DNA of 64,000 bases from Lama glama (taxonomy: Eukaryota), in contig CM052817.1 of the NCBI GenBank assembly GCA_028534125.1, positions 84,508,001 through 84,572,000 of the forward strand, read 5' to 3'. The notes under the pieces are model-generated. The model saw only the letters and a program-made list of their open reading frames with translations. It did no database searches and was not told where the DNA came from. Shown here piece after piece: positions 10,708-24,700 of the stretch (position 1 is its first letter; each line of letters begins with the position of its first letter). Both the position numbers and the translations under genes were made by a program.

Positions 10708-13102
10708 GTAAGTGGAAGTACTGCATTTTATTGCAAACATAAATCTTTTTATAATAACCTCTCATACAACTATTATTTTATCTTGCTATAAGGAAGTGAG
10801 TGCTTCTGAGCAACTGACATGTGCAGTTTCTGATAATTTCCTACCAATCTCTCATTCTGACTTTTTCATCATTACCTATGTGACTTCAACTATATAACAA
10901 GAACAGTGAAAAATGGCAATTACAAATCCAGATTTTTAAATTGCTGCTATAATTCCTTCCTTTACTTCTGTTATCTATTGTAAGAAGAGTTCAGCATTCC
11001 TGCTTTGTTTTAAAGTGTCTTCAAATTGCTGCTTTAAACTTATAAACCTTCTTTATGGAAGTTTTGGGGTGTTTTACTTATTATAGAGACCCATCAACTT
11101 CAACATGAAATGTAGTTTTTATTTTGTACTTACTAGTGCTCTCACATATCAAGTGAAGACTAAAAGACATGTCATGAAATTACAGTTTCAGGTTTGCTAT
11201 ATGATCACCTTATAATGTATCCTAATTAAGCTACCAGGCTTATCTTTCTGAAATTCTCTTTATGATGCCATTCCCTAAATTACAAATCATTACTATCCCT
11301 AAGATAAAGTTCAGACCATTCCCATGAGCTTTCAAAGTACTCATGAATTGAGTTATCATATTCAATCAAAAGTTCTTGACCTCTGAAAGGCTGATAGTCT
11401 CACTGTTCATGCATGTTCTCACTTATATACCTTTCCTCATTCTAGTCCCCCTGCCTCTACTGCACATAGTTCAAGGTCTAATTCAGGTTTCATTTCTTCA
11501 GAGAAACCTTTGATGACTCTTCTAGTCCATACTAACATCTGCTTTCTCTATACCATCTGTATAGCATGCATTTTGTCAGTGTTCATTTATCATACATTAA
11601 ATGAAGGTTGTCTTTTATTGATACAGAACTTGTATATACCAGCTTCCTGTTGGTGTACACACCAATGTGACTTACCTACTGGAGATACTACAGACAACAA
11701 ACTCAGCAAGTCGTAAACTTAGCTCATCCCACTTCTCTCATAAACCTGCTTCCTTCCCTAATTGCCCGGTTTCAATCAATGGCACCATAATACATCAAAT
11801 CACCAAATATTGAAATGTGAGGTCTTTCCAAGTTATCTTCTCTCTCACTCTCCATATTTGGGTTTATTTATTAAATCTTGCCAGTTTCACCTCCTGATTG
11901 CTTTTCTAATTCAGTATCTCTTCTTCATCCTACCATCCTTTCCACAGGAAAAGACTTAAAAAGGGGCAATAAGACTCTCTGAATTGTTGATGGGACTATA
12001 TCTGTATCTTAGATATTTTATTGTTATAAAAATAACACATGGAAAACTAGAAACTACCTAAATGTCTATCAATAAAGAATTTTGTGAATAAATGATAGCA
12101 TTCTATAGAAGAATACTATGCAGTAATTAAAAAGAGGTAGCTGTATGCTGTAAAACATGTGAGTGTGGAAAAAGCAAGTTGTAGACAGGAAATGATTATA
12201 TATTTTTTAATCTATGTAGGTAAAATACATTGTGGAAGGATAGAAGTCTGACAGAGTTTAGAGCAAAGTGGGAAGGAAAGGATTTTGACTTTTTACTTCA
12301 TATATGTTTGTATTGTTTTAATAATTTATAAGAAGTATGTTTTACTTTCGTAATAACACAGTTTTTAAAATCAACATGCTTGGAAAATTCCAGAAAATTA
12401 TAAAGAAAAGAAAAATCACCTACTTGCATTCCACCTGTCAGAGACAACCAGTCATAACATTTTTGTGCACATTTTGCAGCCATCTAGGCACAGGCTCACA
12501 CAGACATTTTTATTTCATGTTCATTTGGTTATTGCTCTGAAGCCTACTTATCAGATACTGTGAATGTCTTCCTATATCAAAAATATTTAACTCTATATTT
12601 CATTTTAATGACTGCATTATATTCTACTGCAGGAAATATACAAGTTCCATATGTATTTAACAACTCTCCTATATAATAGATTTATTTATATAACAGGAGA
12701 TAACCATTTAGACCATTTCCTTTTGAGCAATAATTTGATGAGTAGCATCTTAATTACTACTTTTTTCAATTGTCTGATTATTTCCTTAGGATAAATTCCC
12801 ACAAGAATATAACTGGCTCAGAGTCTGTGTGATAATGTTCATTTTTTTTATAAACTCACCAGCACTAAGCTTTATTAATATTTTTATTTTCTAGAAATCT
12901 GATATGGGAAAAAATTGATGATTTGTTTTCTATGTATTTCTTCTTCCAGGTGATGTCTATTTATTTTCTTTTCCCCTTTTCCTATTGGTGATAATAGCTT
13001 TAATTAAAAATGAGTTAATTTATTTTATATTCTAAAGATATAAACAAATTATTATGAAACAAAAGTGAATTTTTTAACATGTCTTATCTCTGTTTTCAAA
13101 AG

Positions 13103-13163
13103 TTGTGGAAGCATTTTTCTTGAACGACATAACTGAACAGTATTTAGAAGTTGAACTTTGTCC
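13103..13163 (+). CDS. C4orf33: C4orf33 coding exon 2
   Basis: AG|TT GTG GAA...TGT CC|GTAAGT; VVEAFFLNDITEQYLEVELCP; 61 nt, phase consistent. Confidence 0.96.
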
Positions 13164-15521
13164 GTAAGTATAAAATATTTTTTCTAACTCATTACTATGT
13201 GTTTTGAACACATTATTTTCTAGTTATAAATCATATGTTTATAGTAAAATCTCACTAATTCCAGCCAACTGTGGGGAATGCTAATCTGAATTAATCTGAA
13301 TTATATGTAATTCCTTATTTTCAAGTAAATGTATAACTTAGAGTATGTAAATTTTTGGAAGTGTACTGATACTATTTCTAACTAGTGTAGTTGATTTTCT
13401 AATAAATTTGAAGGATTCTTTTTGCAAAATGAAAAAAATTATTTCAAAACAGAAATTGTATAAAAAAAATCCCAGAATCCCTCTCATTATTTATTCTGTA
13501 ACTTTGCATTATTAAATATTAGCTACTTACAAAGAGAGGCATATAGATATAACAATTGAACCAGTTTATGAAAATGTTTCTTTTAGGGGATTCGTTTAAT
13601 GGCTAGATTAAACTTTAATTTTATATATTACATAATTACATATTCATGTATCCCTTCCTTTATTCTTTATTCATTTATTGAGTACATACTGTATCACTTT
13701 TTGTTCAGTGCCAGGGATAAAAACAAAATCACATGTGGCTTTTCCTAGACTCATTAGAAATGTTAACCTTGGGCTGTCTCTGTTCAAATTTAATCAGTCT
13801 TTGAGAATTCTATCTGGTAGGCAATTTTTTTCTGTAGATGTCAAAAAGTAAATTTATGCCCACCTGTTATCTAAATTATAAGAAATTTTAAGTTAATACT
13901 TAGTACTGATATATTTTTATATTGCCATTATTTATTTTTTAATGACATTTGAATACTTCTCAGTATCTATTATCTAGTAACCTTTGTCCTTTTGTAGAGT
14001 GAGCAGAGTCCCAGACAACTGATTTAAATGAGATTTTAGATATCGTTTTCTTTTCCCTTGTTTCGCTTTCTTGCTAATGCTTTTGTGGAAAATACAGCTG
14101 TTTATAATTATATTTTTCAGAAGAATAATTATGTATCTTTGTGTGTTATCTTTCAACTAACATGCCAAAATCTTATTAAAAGTATGATTAATTCTTATAA
14201 ACTATCATATGAGATAAGAAAATTTCACCATAGACATGAGAAAGCTAAGGCAAATAGGTTTATAACTTGTCTAAAAGATAGATAAGAACTTGGATCTACT
14301 AGAATTATAAAGTTACATCCTTAGTTTAAATTTTGTTGGATGATAATATCAGTTGACTTTCATAAAGTGATGACATCACAGGATACATAGGATAATTAGA
14401 TTCTCTTTTGTTTAGAAATTATACGATAATCACTATGCATAAAATTAATAAATTTAAAAGTTAAAAAAAATCCCTAGAGTTGTTTGGTTTTAGGTAGATT
14501 AGGACAGTTAATAATCAGGAATCATGTTTGTGCTTTAGGCAGTCAACTCCTGTGACAATTAACCTCTAGGAAAGCAATATGAAGAGTATTCTTATTTGAA
14601 TTTGCAAGAAATTTTATTCCTCAGGATATTCTTAAAGTTGTATAATAACGATAAAAATAAGCAGAGAACTTTTAAATGGAAAGGAATATTCGTCTTCTGT
14701 TAGACTAGTTTCTTGAAGGAAATCCTTCCTGAGAAGCTCCCAACAGACCATCTGTGTCAGAATGTTTAGATGCAGTCTTTCCCACACAGTAAATTTGCTT
14801 CATGTAACTATTTGAAATTCTTTGATTCTTACTGACCTGTCTAATCCCAATTATGTGCTCTTATTAGAGCTTTCTTTTGAGGGTATATTGTGCTTCTCTT
14901 TGAAAGTGTGACATCAGTGTCAGAACTGATGGGAGAAAGCAGGAAAACACAAGAGGCAGACAGGTCCAGAACAGTTGTGTATGAGAATAGATACAAATTA
15001 AAGTCTTCAGCCTGCTGAGTAGTTTTAGACAATCTATATTTTTATTTTATATCTTCCTAATGATCTTCAAGACAGTTTTCTTACAGAATAACCTTTAGTA
15101 AAGTTGTTGGATTTTGACCTGGAAATTGGTCCCAACTTCCCTTGGGATACTTTAAATTTCAAAATGGGTTTATTATGAACTCCAGATACCGTGGTATACC
15201 TCTGCCCTCTTTTCATACTTTGCATCATCTAACCAATTGAAGTATTTTATATAATGTCTTATTTAAAGAATATGAAAAGCAGTCTGAACATGTATAGTTT
15301 TATGCATTTGACTGCAATTGCTTGAAAAGTGGTAAAATCAAAGATGCCATTTCTAAGTAACTGAACACACTGGCTCTCCCTATAATTATCCAGTATTTAT
15401 ACTGCATCTTTTAATTATTTGAAAATTTAGTTATAAGCACACGCATCACAGATATGATAAATAGTCCAAAAAATAATGTTTCTTTCTTTCAAACACTCAT
15501 GAGGAATTTTAATTTTGACAG

Positions 15522-15573
15522 CCACGGACAGCATTTGGTGCTTTTACTCTCTGGTAGAAGAAATGTGTGGAAA
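15522..15573 (+). CDS. C4orf33: C4orf33 coding exon 3
   Basis: CAG|C CAC GGA...TGG AAA|GTAAGT; HGQHLVLLLSGRRNVWK; 52 nt. Confidence 0.96.
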
Positions 15574-15688
15574 GTAAGTAAATAAAAATATGAGGCAAAA
15601 TTCCATGTATCTTGTATATATGCATATTTTAAATGTTTAAAGTATAAATATGAATTTCCATATTGTGTGTCACATGTTGTTTCTGTAG

Positions 15689-15888
15689 CAAGAACTTGAT
15701 CTATCATTCAAAGTGTCCAGAGGAGAGACAAAATGGGAAGGTAAAGCTTATCTTCCTTGGAGTTATTTTCCACCAAATGTGACAAAATTCAATTCATTTG
15801 CAATTCATGGATCAAAAGACAAAAGAAACTATGAAGCTCTTTACCCTGTACCTCAGCATGAACTGCAGCAAGGACAAAAACCTGATTT
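15689..15888 (+). CDS. C4orf33: C4orf33 coding exon 4
   Basis: TAG|CAA GAA...[78 protein letters not shown]; 200 nt. Confidence 0.96.
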
Positions 15889-17787
15889 GTAAGTAGAAAA
15901 TAAATGAAAATATGTCCCAACTATAAGAGTTTTTTGAAATTAATTCTTGGTAGAGTAGTAGTAACATTTTTTGATTGAAGAATACATGTGTAAAAGCACC
16001 GAGTACAGTGCTTTGTTTCCCAATGATCTTGAGTAAGTATTTGGTAGACTGACTTTGGACAAACATAGTCTCTCTCACTATTATCAGTAAAGCACTTATA
16101 TTTCCATAGCAATGTAAGAAAAGTCTTGCTTAATGAGTACTACAACAGCTGGTATAGAAGTATAGCTGCCAATTCATTTATGTTTCCTTTCAGAGCTTAA
16201 TGGCCAGAGGCATCTGTGTTTCCTGATGTGAGCAAAGGGTTAATAAATCCTTTCCCCTGCTGCTTGAGACTCTGACCTTAAGTTAACTCTCTAATTCTCT
16301 TCTCCTGTAACCTCATAAGAATAAAAACATCAACTGTATTTCTAGGCAACATAGATGGGGATAGCATGGCTTCTGGTTTCCCCTTAATAGTCATGTTCCC
16401 TGTGGGGACCCTGGAAGCTATGTCTAGAGAATTATTACAAAATACACTGTTTCCTGTGGGGCAGCAGGCATGTAAGCCAAGGTATCTCCCACACTTTCCC
16501 ATTTTGAGTCTGATCTCTTTGCACCTGAAAGAGTCACTTACGAAGAATGTAGTTCCCAGACAGCCTTATGAATGCTACATGGACTGCTGCAAACAGTTCC
16601 CCCTTAGGGAGGAAAGCCAGATTCTGTCCTGGGGCAACCTGAGACTCCTGCTGTATAGCATGTAGTCAAGTGGCCAAGATAGTCTGGTGAGTCGGCCTAC
16701 TTAGAAAAGCCTACCAGAGACATCCCAGTGGGCTTTGCAGCATGGTAGACTAACTTTCCTGCCTTTTTACCCTTGGAAAGTACTGCATTGTCCTTATTCT
16801 CCCTTGTCCTTCCTGTATGCCCTTACTTTGCTCTACTTTGCTTTTTATCTATTCTAACCTGTTTATTCTGCCTGACACATTTTTCCCTTTTCCCCTTGCT
16901 TTTCTCCCCAGTCCTGGCCCTCTTTCTACCTTCCTTTCTCTTATCCTTTGCTGTTGTTTCCTTGACCACTTAATCTGGATTGACACTTGTGACTCTAAAA
17001 CTGGTTCAGCCTGGTCAGGTGGGCAGAGTGGGACAGGACTCTAGATGCAACTCATTCAGGGCTTTCATATCAAGATGGTTTGTTTCTCTGCCTCTTCGCA
17101 AACTATACTTTCCTGTATTCAAGCTTCTTTTTTATACATTACTGGAGGCTTACTCTAGATAAAAGTATAATTATCCCATTGGCTAGGGCAGAGCCAGGGT
17201 GGAGTGATTTCCTACAGAGCCGAGTTCTACTGCAGCATGTTAGCAAAGCCTTTCTCTCCTCATTAAGCCACAGTGGAAAGCTTCTTAATCATTAAATGTT
17301 TTTTCCTGGAACAAAAAGAAGTAGAATTAATACTGTTTTACATAAACCCGCCTTGCTTTGGTAAAGGAGTCTATCCTTTAATCTGTTGAGTTGAAACTTT
17401 TAAAAACAATTGTTTATGTAATTGATATAAGTTACATCAAGGTCTGACTATGGAAACATCTGTAAGAGCATAATATGATTTCTTTAAGGCTAGATGGGAT
17501 GAGTCAGGTTTGAGGGCTGATTTTTATTTCTCCCTTTAGCTGTGAGGGAGCTAGCTATTTGTAGAATTGAAAGGAGAGTGCTTTGAGATATGGGTGAATA
17601 TTTTCAGAGCTGAATGTTTGATTACTAGAATGAGAAAATTGTACACAGGATACATCTTACCTTCGATATTCTTTAAAGTAGAATGTTGTCCTATCGCAGA
17701 TGTGACAAAATATATAGCTCTTCAGGGCAGTTTTTTCACAAATGCGTAGTTCATTTAAATTCCCACCTTCTTTTTCTTTGCATTTAG

Positions 17788-17875
17788 TCATCGTCTGGAG
17801 TACTTCAAGCCTTTCAGTTTTAACACACTCCTTGGAGAAGAGTGGAAACAGCCGGAATCAGACCTATGGCTATAG
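17788..17875 (+). CDS. C4orf33: C4orf33 last coding exon (stop TAG 17873-17875; 193-aa product)
   Basis: TAG|T CAT CGT...; [28 protein letters not shown]; spliced CDS 181+61+52+200+88 = 582 nt. Confidence 0.93.
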
Positions 17876-18511
17876 AGAAACCTGAGGTATAGAAGTATAG
17901 TAGGTGACCGTATCAGTCATTTCGTCCTATACCTTTTAAAGTAAATGAGTAATAAGTACAATCTCTTTGAAGAAACTGTGAACACATTTCAACAACAAAG
18001 ATTTTCATAGAAGTCAGTGAAATCATAGTATCTCTCTGGCAAATTGTGTATAAATTAACAAGAAAATAGAAAGTTCATAGATGATTTTAACTATAAAGTG
18101 AAACTATTTCTTGGAGTCACTTAGTCCAGGAGTCATCATGTCAACAGGTTCTACCATCTGCCTTGCATCACCATTACCCCAAATATCCCTGTCTCTGTCA
18201 ACCAAAATCATTATTTCTCGTCCTATTTCCCTAAACCTCAGCCAGTTTGAAACTGAACATCTTATTTGCACATTTTTGAACTCCATCATAACATGTAATA
18301 ATTTGTTACTCAGAATCTTATGTCCATTCTTGAAATGAGGAGAAAAATGACATATTTTAGTTGAATAGGAAATCCATCTGTTCAGGAATTATTATGATAC
18401 ACGTGCTATTTAATCAGCTGTTTTTCCTGTCTTATGGCTACTTTTCTTCTGTAGAAAGAAATGGAATAACATAGTCTTGAATTCAGGCATCAGATTCTGC
18501 TTTCATTTACA

Positions 18512-18517
18512 AATAAA
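18512..18517 (+). terminator. Candidate C4orf33 polyadenylation signal
   Basis: AATAAA about 640 nt after the stop, followed by T/GT-rich sequence. Confidence 0.45.
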
Positions 18518-18989
18518 TGACATTTTCTTTTTTGTTTGTTTTCATATTTCTTTTTTGTTAAAGGTTATTATGAGATATTGAACATACTTCCCTGTGCTGT
18601 ACAGAAGAAACTTCTTTAAAATCTATTTATGTATATAGTGGCTAACATTTATATGTCTCAAATTCCCAAATTTATTTCTTCCCACCCCCTTTCCCTGGTC
18701 ATTTTCTTAATGCTATTAAACAAGATGTCTGAAATATCATTCTACTTTGTAAACATCAAACACTCCTGGTCTATAATTTTCAAATTTTGTGTTATAATTC
18801 ATAGTTTGAAGCCATCTAGTAGATTATCTATGAACTTCTCCACCAAACCTGGTCCTTCACCAGCATTCTTAACTCACAGATAAGCGATCTTGCAGAAGAA
18901 GAACCTTTATTACAGATACCTAGTTTCCTAGGCAATGATATACTTTCTCCTCTTCTTTGCTAGCTCTTTTACATAAATTGAATGTTTAG

Positions 18990-19345
18990 GGTCTCTGCTC
19001 AAAAACTAAATTTTCCCAAATTCCTCTGTAGATAGAAATGACACTATAAAACAGTTCAGGTCAGTGAGATGTAAGTATACAGTGTTAGAGATGCCTTACA
19101 GATGAAAGACTCAGTTGCCATATGCATTTTGTCCTTTACTCTTCCTCTTCCTTTTTCCTGAATTGTAGAATTAATACCTGAGGTAACATAAGTAGCTCCA
19201 CTGTGTTAATAAAGAGATAACCCAGGGATAGCTCAGTAGCAAGACAAAGGAGTCTGGGTTTCAAACAGCACAATAGAGTAACAGATCATATCTGGACTGC
19301 CTACCTGAAGACTTCTTTATGAAGAAGAAAATAAACTGCTTAATT
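18990..19345 (+). mobile_element. MaLR LTR fragment (MLT1-like)
   Basis: CAGTTCAGGTCAGTGAGATGTAAG...CTGGACTGCCTACCT...AGAAAATAAAC. Confidence 0.55.
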
Positions 19346-19349
19346 TATT

Positions 19350-20875
19350 TCCCCCAGTTGATCTATAGATTCAGTGCAATCTCATTTAAAAACCCTAGAA
19401 GGATTGTTTGATAGAAATAGATAAGTTGATTCAAATTTTTTATGGAAATGCAAAGGATCTGAAACAGCAAGAACAATTTTGAAAAAGTACAGAGTTGGGG
19501 GACTTGTATTTCCTGACTCCAAGACTTCTTATTAAGCTTCAGTGATGAAGACAGTATGACATTGGCATAGACTTAGACAGAGATACCAGTGCGACAGACT
19601 AGAGAAACTAGAAAAAAAACTACATGCAGTCAGTTGAGTTTTGACAGAGATAGTAATTTATTTAAAAGAGAAAGGATAGTCTTTTCAACAAATTGTGTTG
19701 GAATAACTGGAAAAACACGAAAAAAAATTAACCTAAATGTGACTGGTTAAATAAAAAAAATTCTAGGAACAAATGTTCACAATCTGGTGTAGACAAAGAT
19801 TTTTTTTTCAAATAGGACATAAAAAACACTAACTGAAAATAAAAAATGGGAAATTGGACTTCATCAAAATTTAAAATTTCTGTTCATCAAAATCTTCCAT
19901 TAAGAAAGTAAAGGAGCAGCCCAGCAATTCCACTCCTGGGTATATATCCAAAAAAACCCCCAAAATACTAATTTAAAAAAGTACCTGGCAACCTAACATT
20001 CATAGCAGCATCATTTGCAATTAGCAAGATATGGAAGCAACCTAAGTGTCCATCAACAGATGAATGAATAAAGAAGATATGGTATATATATTCAATGGAA
20101 TACTACTCAGCCATAATAAAGAAGGAAATGTTGCCATTTGAAACAGCATGGATGAACTTAGAGGATATTATGCTAAGTGAAATAAGACAGAGAAAGGTAA
20201 ATACTGTATGATATCACATATATAGACTCTAAAAAATAAATAAACTAGTGACTAAAACAAAAAAGAAACAGACTCAGATATAGAGAACAAACTAGTGATT
20301 ACCAGTGGAGAGAGAGAAGGGGGAGGGGCAAAATAGGGGATAAGATATTAAGAGGTACAAACTACTATGTATAAATTAAATAAGCTACACGGATATATTG
20401 TACAGTACAGGGAATACAGCGAATATTTTATAATAACTAAATGGAATATAACTTTAAAAATTATGGATTACTGTATTGTACACCTGAAACTTGTGTAGTA
20501 TTATATATAAACTATACCTCAATAAAGAATTAGGAAAATAAAGTGGAAAGGCAAGCCACAGATTGGGATAAACTATTCAAAATAGACATATTTGACAAAG
20601 GACTCTCCCCAGAATATATAAAGAACTCCTACAATCAATAATAAAAGGACAAACCATTTAAAGAGCAAAAGACTGGAACAGACACTTCACAGATGAAAAT
20701 ATGTAAAAGGCCGATAAGTATATAGAAAGGCTCTCAACCTCACCTACCACCAAGGAAATCAAATTAAAACCTTGAGATACCACTGAATAATAACCAGAAT
20801 TAAAAATTGATGCAATGGCTAAAATTGAAAACAACTGACAATACTAAGTATTAATGAGACTGTGGAGAACCTTAA
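19350..20875 (+). mobile_element. Old L1 ORF2 remnant with a younger L1 3' end nested at ~19915-20540
   Basis: Outer L1 motifs (GATCTATAGATTCAGTGCAAT, TTGGACTTCATCAAAATTTAAAA) resume after the insert at AAAGGCAAGCCACAGATTGGG; the inner element runs CCCAGCAATTCCACTCCTGGGTATATATCC...TATACCTCAATAAAG. Confidence 0.8.
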
Positions 20876-21759
20876 TCACAGGTTCAGGTATATACCGTAA
20901 CTTTATAACATGAGGGCAAAGCAAAGCACAAATAATCCTAGATACAAGCAAAATTATGTAAAATATTGAATTTGGATATTGTGGTTTGTGAGCTTTCTAA
21001 AACTTATTTTTATCTGTTTGGATGTTTTTAAAACATCTCTTAACTTTTGTCTAGATAAGAAGTATTTTCCTTCTCCAAATACCAAGCAAGTAAAAACATG
21101 CTATATAAGCATTTTCTTTTAAAAGGAGCATGCAGTTCAACCACAGAATTTTGGAAGATTTGTCCATTAGTAAGATACAAACAATGCACCCTATAGAAAC
21201 TTAGTATTTTAAGAGTGGGTGTTTGTAATAGCTGCTTGAAATTTGTTTTTCAACTCTAGGACTGAAAGAATAATCATTCCTTTGTTTAATATATGCATAA
21301 GTGCATTTCCCTGCTGTGTGGTAAATTATTCACTACAGTATCACATAGGTTCTCTTTTCTCGCCACCTAAATAGATTACACAGTGCGTATATTTATTCAG
21401 GTGCTTTCTCATGCTTTTTCTCAGCTTCAGTAAAGTGTAAGTCCCAGTCCAGAGGGAAATATAACATTTATTTTTAGCCCTCAAGTACCTTTTTTGATGC
21501 TAAAAATTTTTTTGCCACAAGAAAAAAATACTTAAGTTTTTCTCTTCCTTTTCCTCCTCCTCTTTAAAATATTTGGCTTTGAGGGCAGAAGGTAATGAAT
21601 ACAATTAACCTGATATTTAAAAAGTAAAAGGAAGATTATAAGTGGTGAAGTTATTACAGTAAACCAACATTTCTACTCATGCCTCAGAGCCCATCTCCTT
21701 TTTCCCATTTAAGTTTCCATAGTATTTAACGTTACTTTATTGCAGCACTTTTCCCATTG

Positions 21760-24700
21760 TGCATTAGAAAGCTCTCTTGACCCAGCAGCCGGCTAACTGA
21801 CAGCACCTTGCCTCAGCTTATGTACATCCTGTCTCGTGGCTTTGCTGCTGCCTCAGCTGTTTGAAACATCTTCGGGAACCCATTTAGCCAATCTCATGTA
21901 TAAACTACCCTGGATGTGTGAGGGAGCTCACACCCCGTGAGACAACTCTTAAACAAGAAGGATGGAAGTAGGTGGATACATACTCCCTTCATCTGTCAGG
22001 CTGACAATTCAGAGTTCCCTTCCACACAGCCCCTTGGAGGACCCCTAAAAACATGACACTCTGGTTGTTCGCAGCAGTGGCCAAATAGTAACACAACTTA
22101 TATTGCCTTTCCCTCATTTTCTGTTTTACTCTTCCTAATTCCTTACTCCTGTTCGGAATTACTTTACCAAAATCCTACATGCAAGCATTTCAAACAGCTA
22201 TTACAAGGTGTGCTTTATGGGGGACCCAGGCTAAGTCAGTTGTCACCTGCAGTGGCCCTCAGAAGTAGCCCTTCAGGATGGGAATCAGGAACTGTATCTC
22301 CCATGGGGCATTCCATGATAGGGGCCCCATTGGTGGTTGTGATGACCCTGGTGTAACATCATAGTTACTAAGATTTTCAATGGTAGATGGGCTTGAAGTG
22401 CAGGTCAAAATCAAACATCAGTGTAAGTGGTAGATAGCACATGACATAGAAGTAGTGGTAATAATAGGGACTGTGGTGTTAACTGCGTTTTTTTTTTTTA
22501 ACAATTCTGACGCTGAAATGATTCCATTTGCTCTTTCTACATTAAAAAAAGTAATAATTTGGGGAGGGATGGATTCTGAGAAGATGGCATGGGGTGTTAA
22601 ACTTGGAGCTTAACATCTTGACAAGGACACCTGGAACTTAGCATGCTGCCAAGATGACTTCTTGAACTTGGATTTAATGGTAGCTTTTAGTACCTGAAGC
22701 AGAAATGCTAAAATTGCCTTAATGGAGTATTGAGGAAAGGTCAAAGGCTTGAAGAGATGATGCTGTTAAAATGTTAGAATATGAAAAAGAAAAAAATACA
22801 TATATACATATATATAAATAACTTAATCCCTATGCCATACACCAGAAACTAACACAGTATTGTAAATCAACTGTACTTTAAAAAAAAAAGAAGCCAAAAA
22901 TGTAGAATATTATATGAAGCCAGAGAACCCACCATCTATATTCATCAGGAGGGGAATAAAATAAAGAAGCTGTAGAGGGTAGCACCATCATTCTTGAGAC
23001 ACCCAGTAGTGACCTCAGTAACTGTAGGTAGCCTATGTAACCCACTACTGAGTAGATAGTGTTGCCATAGAACTGAGATTTCTCAATGAGCATCATAAGT
23101 TCCCAGAATATCAGAGCTGCTAATTAACAGAAGTCATGTGAATATAATTTCTGTAATGAGCAATAAGGTAGGAGTGGCAATCAGAACGTATTAACATCAG
23201 ATATCCATGAATATGACTAATATTCCAAAGTATACCTGAGGGTGATAAAAGTAGCCAGCCAACTTGAATGTATACCAGAAAAATAATTCAGAGCTGGTGA
23301 GAAGAAGGCTGTTTTCAGCTCATGGAATAGATCATTGTGATATGTCACCCTTATTGTAGGTCTAATCCAACTTTCAGATCCATAGCCAATTGAAAGAGAA
23401 GCTGAATCCCCTTGATAAGATAACCAGCAGTGTCACCCCAAGAATATACAATAAATATTCTAATTCTTCCCCAGAGAGATCTGTGGCCATTTAATCAGAA
23501 TAACTTTAGTTCAAACAGGGGTGACTACTAAGATGTTTGGAGACTGTTGAATACAGTAAATTTGATAACTGAGCTGACACTAATAATAAGGTACCTGAAT
23601 TACATTATGGCCCTCTTTTAGAATGGGGCACATGGAGGCCAGGTGATCAAAGAAATCCTGGCCAAGAACATCTCACAGTAGGTCCATCACCCACACCCTC
23701 CTGCCCCCAGGTTATTCCCCAGAGCAAGAAAGGGTGTTGCAGCACTTTTGGCTATGGCACAGTTGGCCCTCTCACCCCTTAGATACCTTCAGCATTGTCA
23801 GATTAATGGGGTGACAGGGCCAAGAGGTATCTATGGTGAATAAGAATATGGGGTAGGGTCTCTGGAAAGCCCCAATAAGAGAAGTCTAATACAGACTCTT
23901 TAGGTTTCTGGAGCAAGGCCATGTCTTCTGTTGCTAAGAATATATGAAAAGAAGTTTCTGCCATACTCCTGGGTTCTGGTAAAGGCTGAGCATCTGACCA
24001 TGGGACACATAAGTGACTATGTGACCAGAGCTACCTATCATGAGATAGGTATTATCAGATCTATTAAGTCATGAGATCAAGAGGGCATAGCAGTAATCCA
24101 ATATCTGATGCCAACACTACCTTTAAGATCAGGTCTGAGCAGGTCCAGAGGGCACAAATAAGTTGCATGAATAGGTGTCCCAGAATCCCACATCACCTAC
24201 TTTTGTTGTGTTGATGCCTTTCCCTCAGCTCACATCCATGGCTTCATGGGAGGATCCCTACAACCAAACACAAAGGAGGAAAAAAGTCAAGCCTGATGGG
24301 TTAGTACTAACTGAAAGGGAACTCTTGCTATTCTACAGGCCCAATTAGGAAAGTCCTTGAATGACAGGTGAAGGGAGAGCCTTCTAGAGGACAGGTACAT
24401 GAGCAATTTACTTTGTCATTCACTTGTGTTGTGAAGAAATGCCTGTGAGTACACATATTTAAGGACCCTTGGGAAATGATTTGACTGGTTGGTTGGGGCA
24501 AGGTTTGAAGTTGGGAGGCAAGGAAGCTTGGGAAGGAGGCATGTAGATGGACTTCAGGTTTTGGGCATAAAGCATGAGGATCTTTACATTTCATATTAAT
24601 CCCTACCAGAGCAGATCCATTGTAGAGGAAGCCCTGAATAAATAGGTGGTCACAGTGACTTAACCAGTGGATGTCAGCCAGCCTCTGTCCTCAGCCACTC

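Noticed and set aside
10708..10742. ORF-track extension [11 protein letters not shown] of C4orf33
   Set aside because: Intron read-through past a canonical GTAAGT donor.
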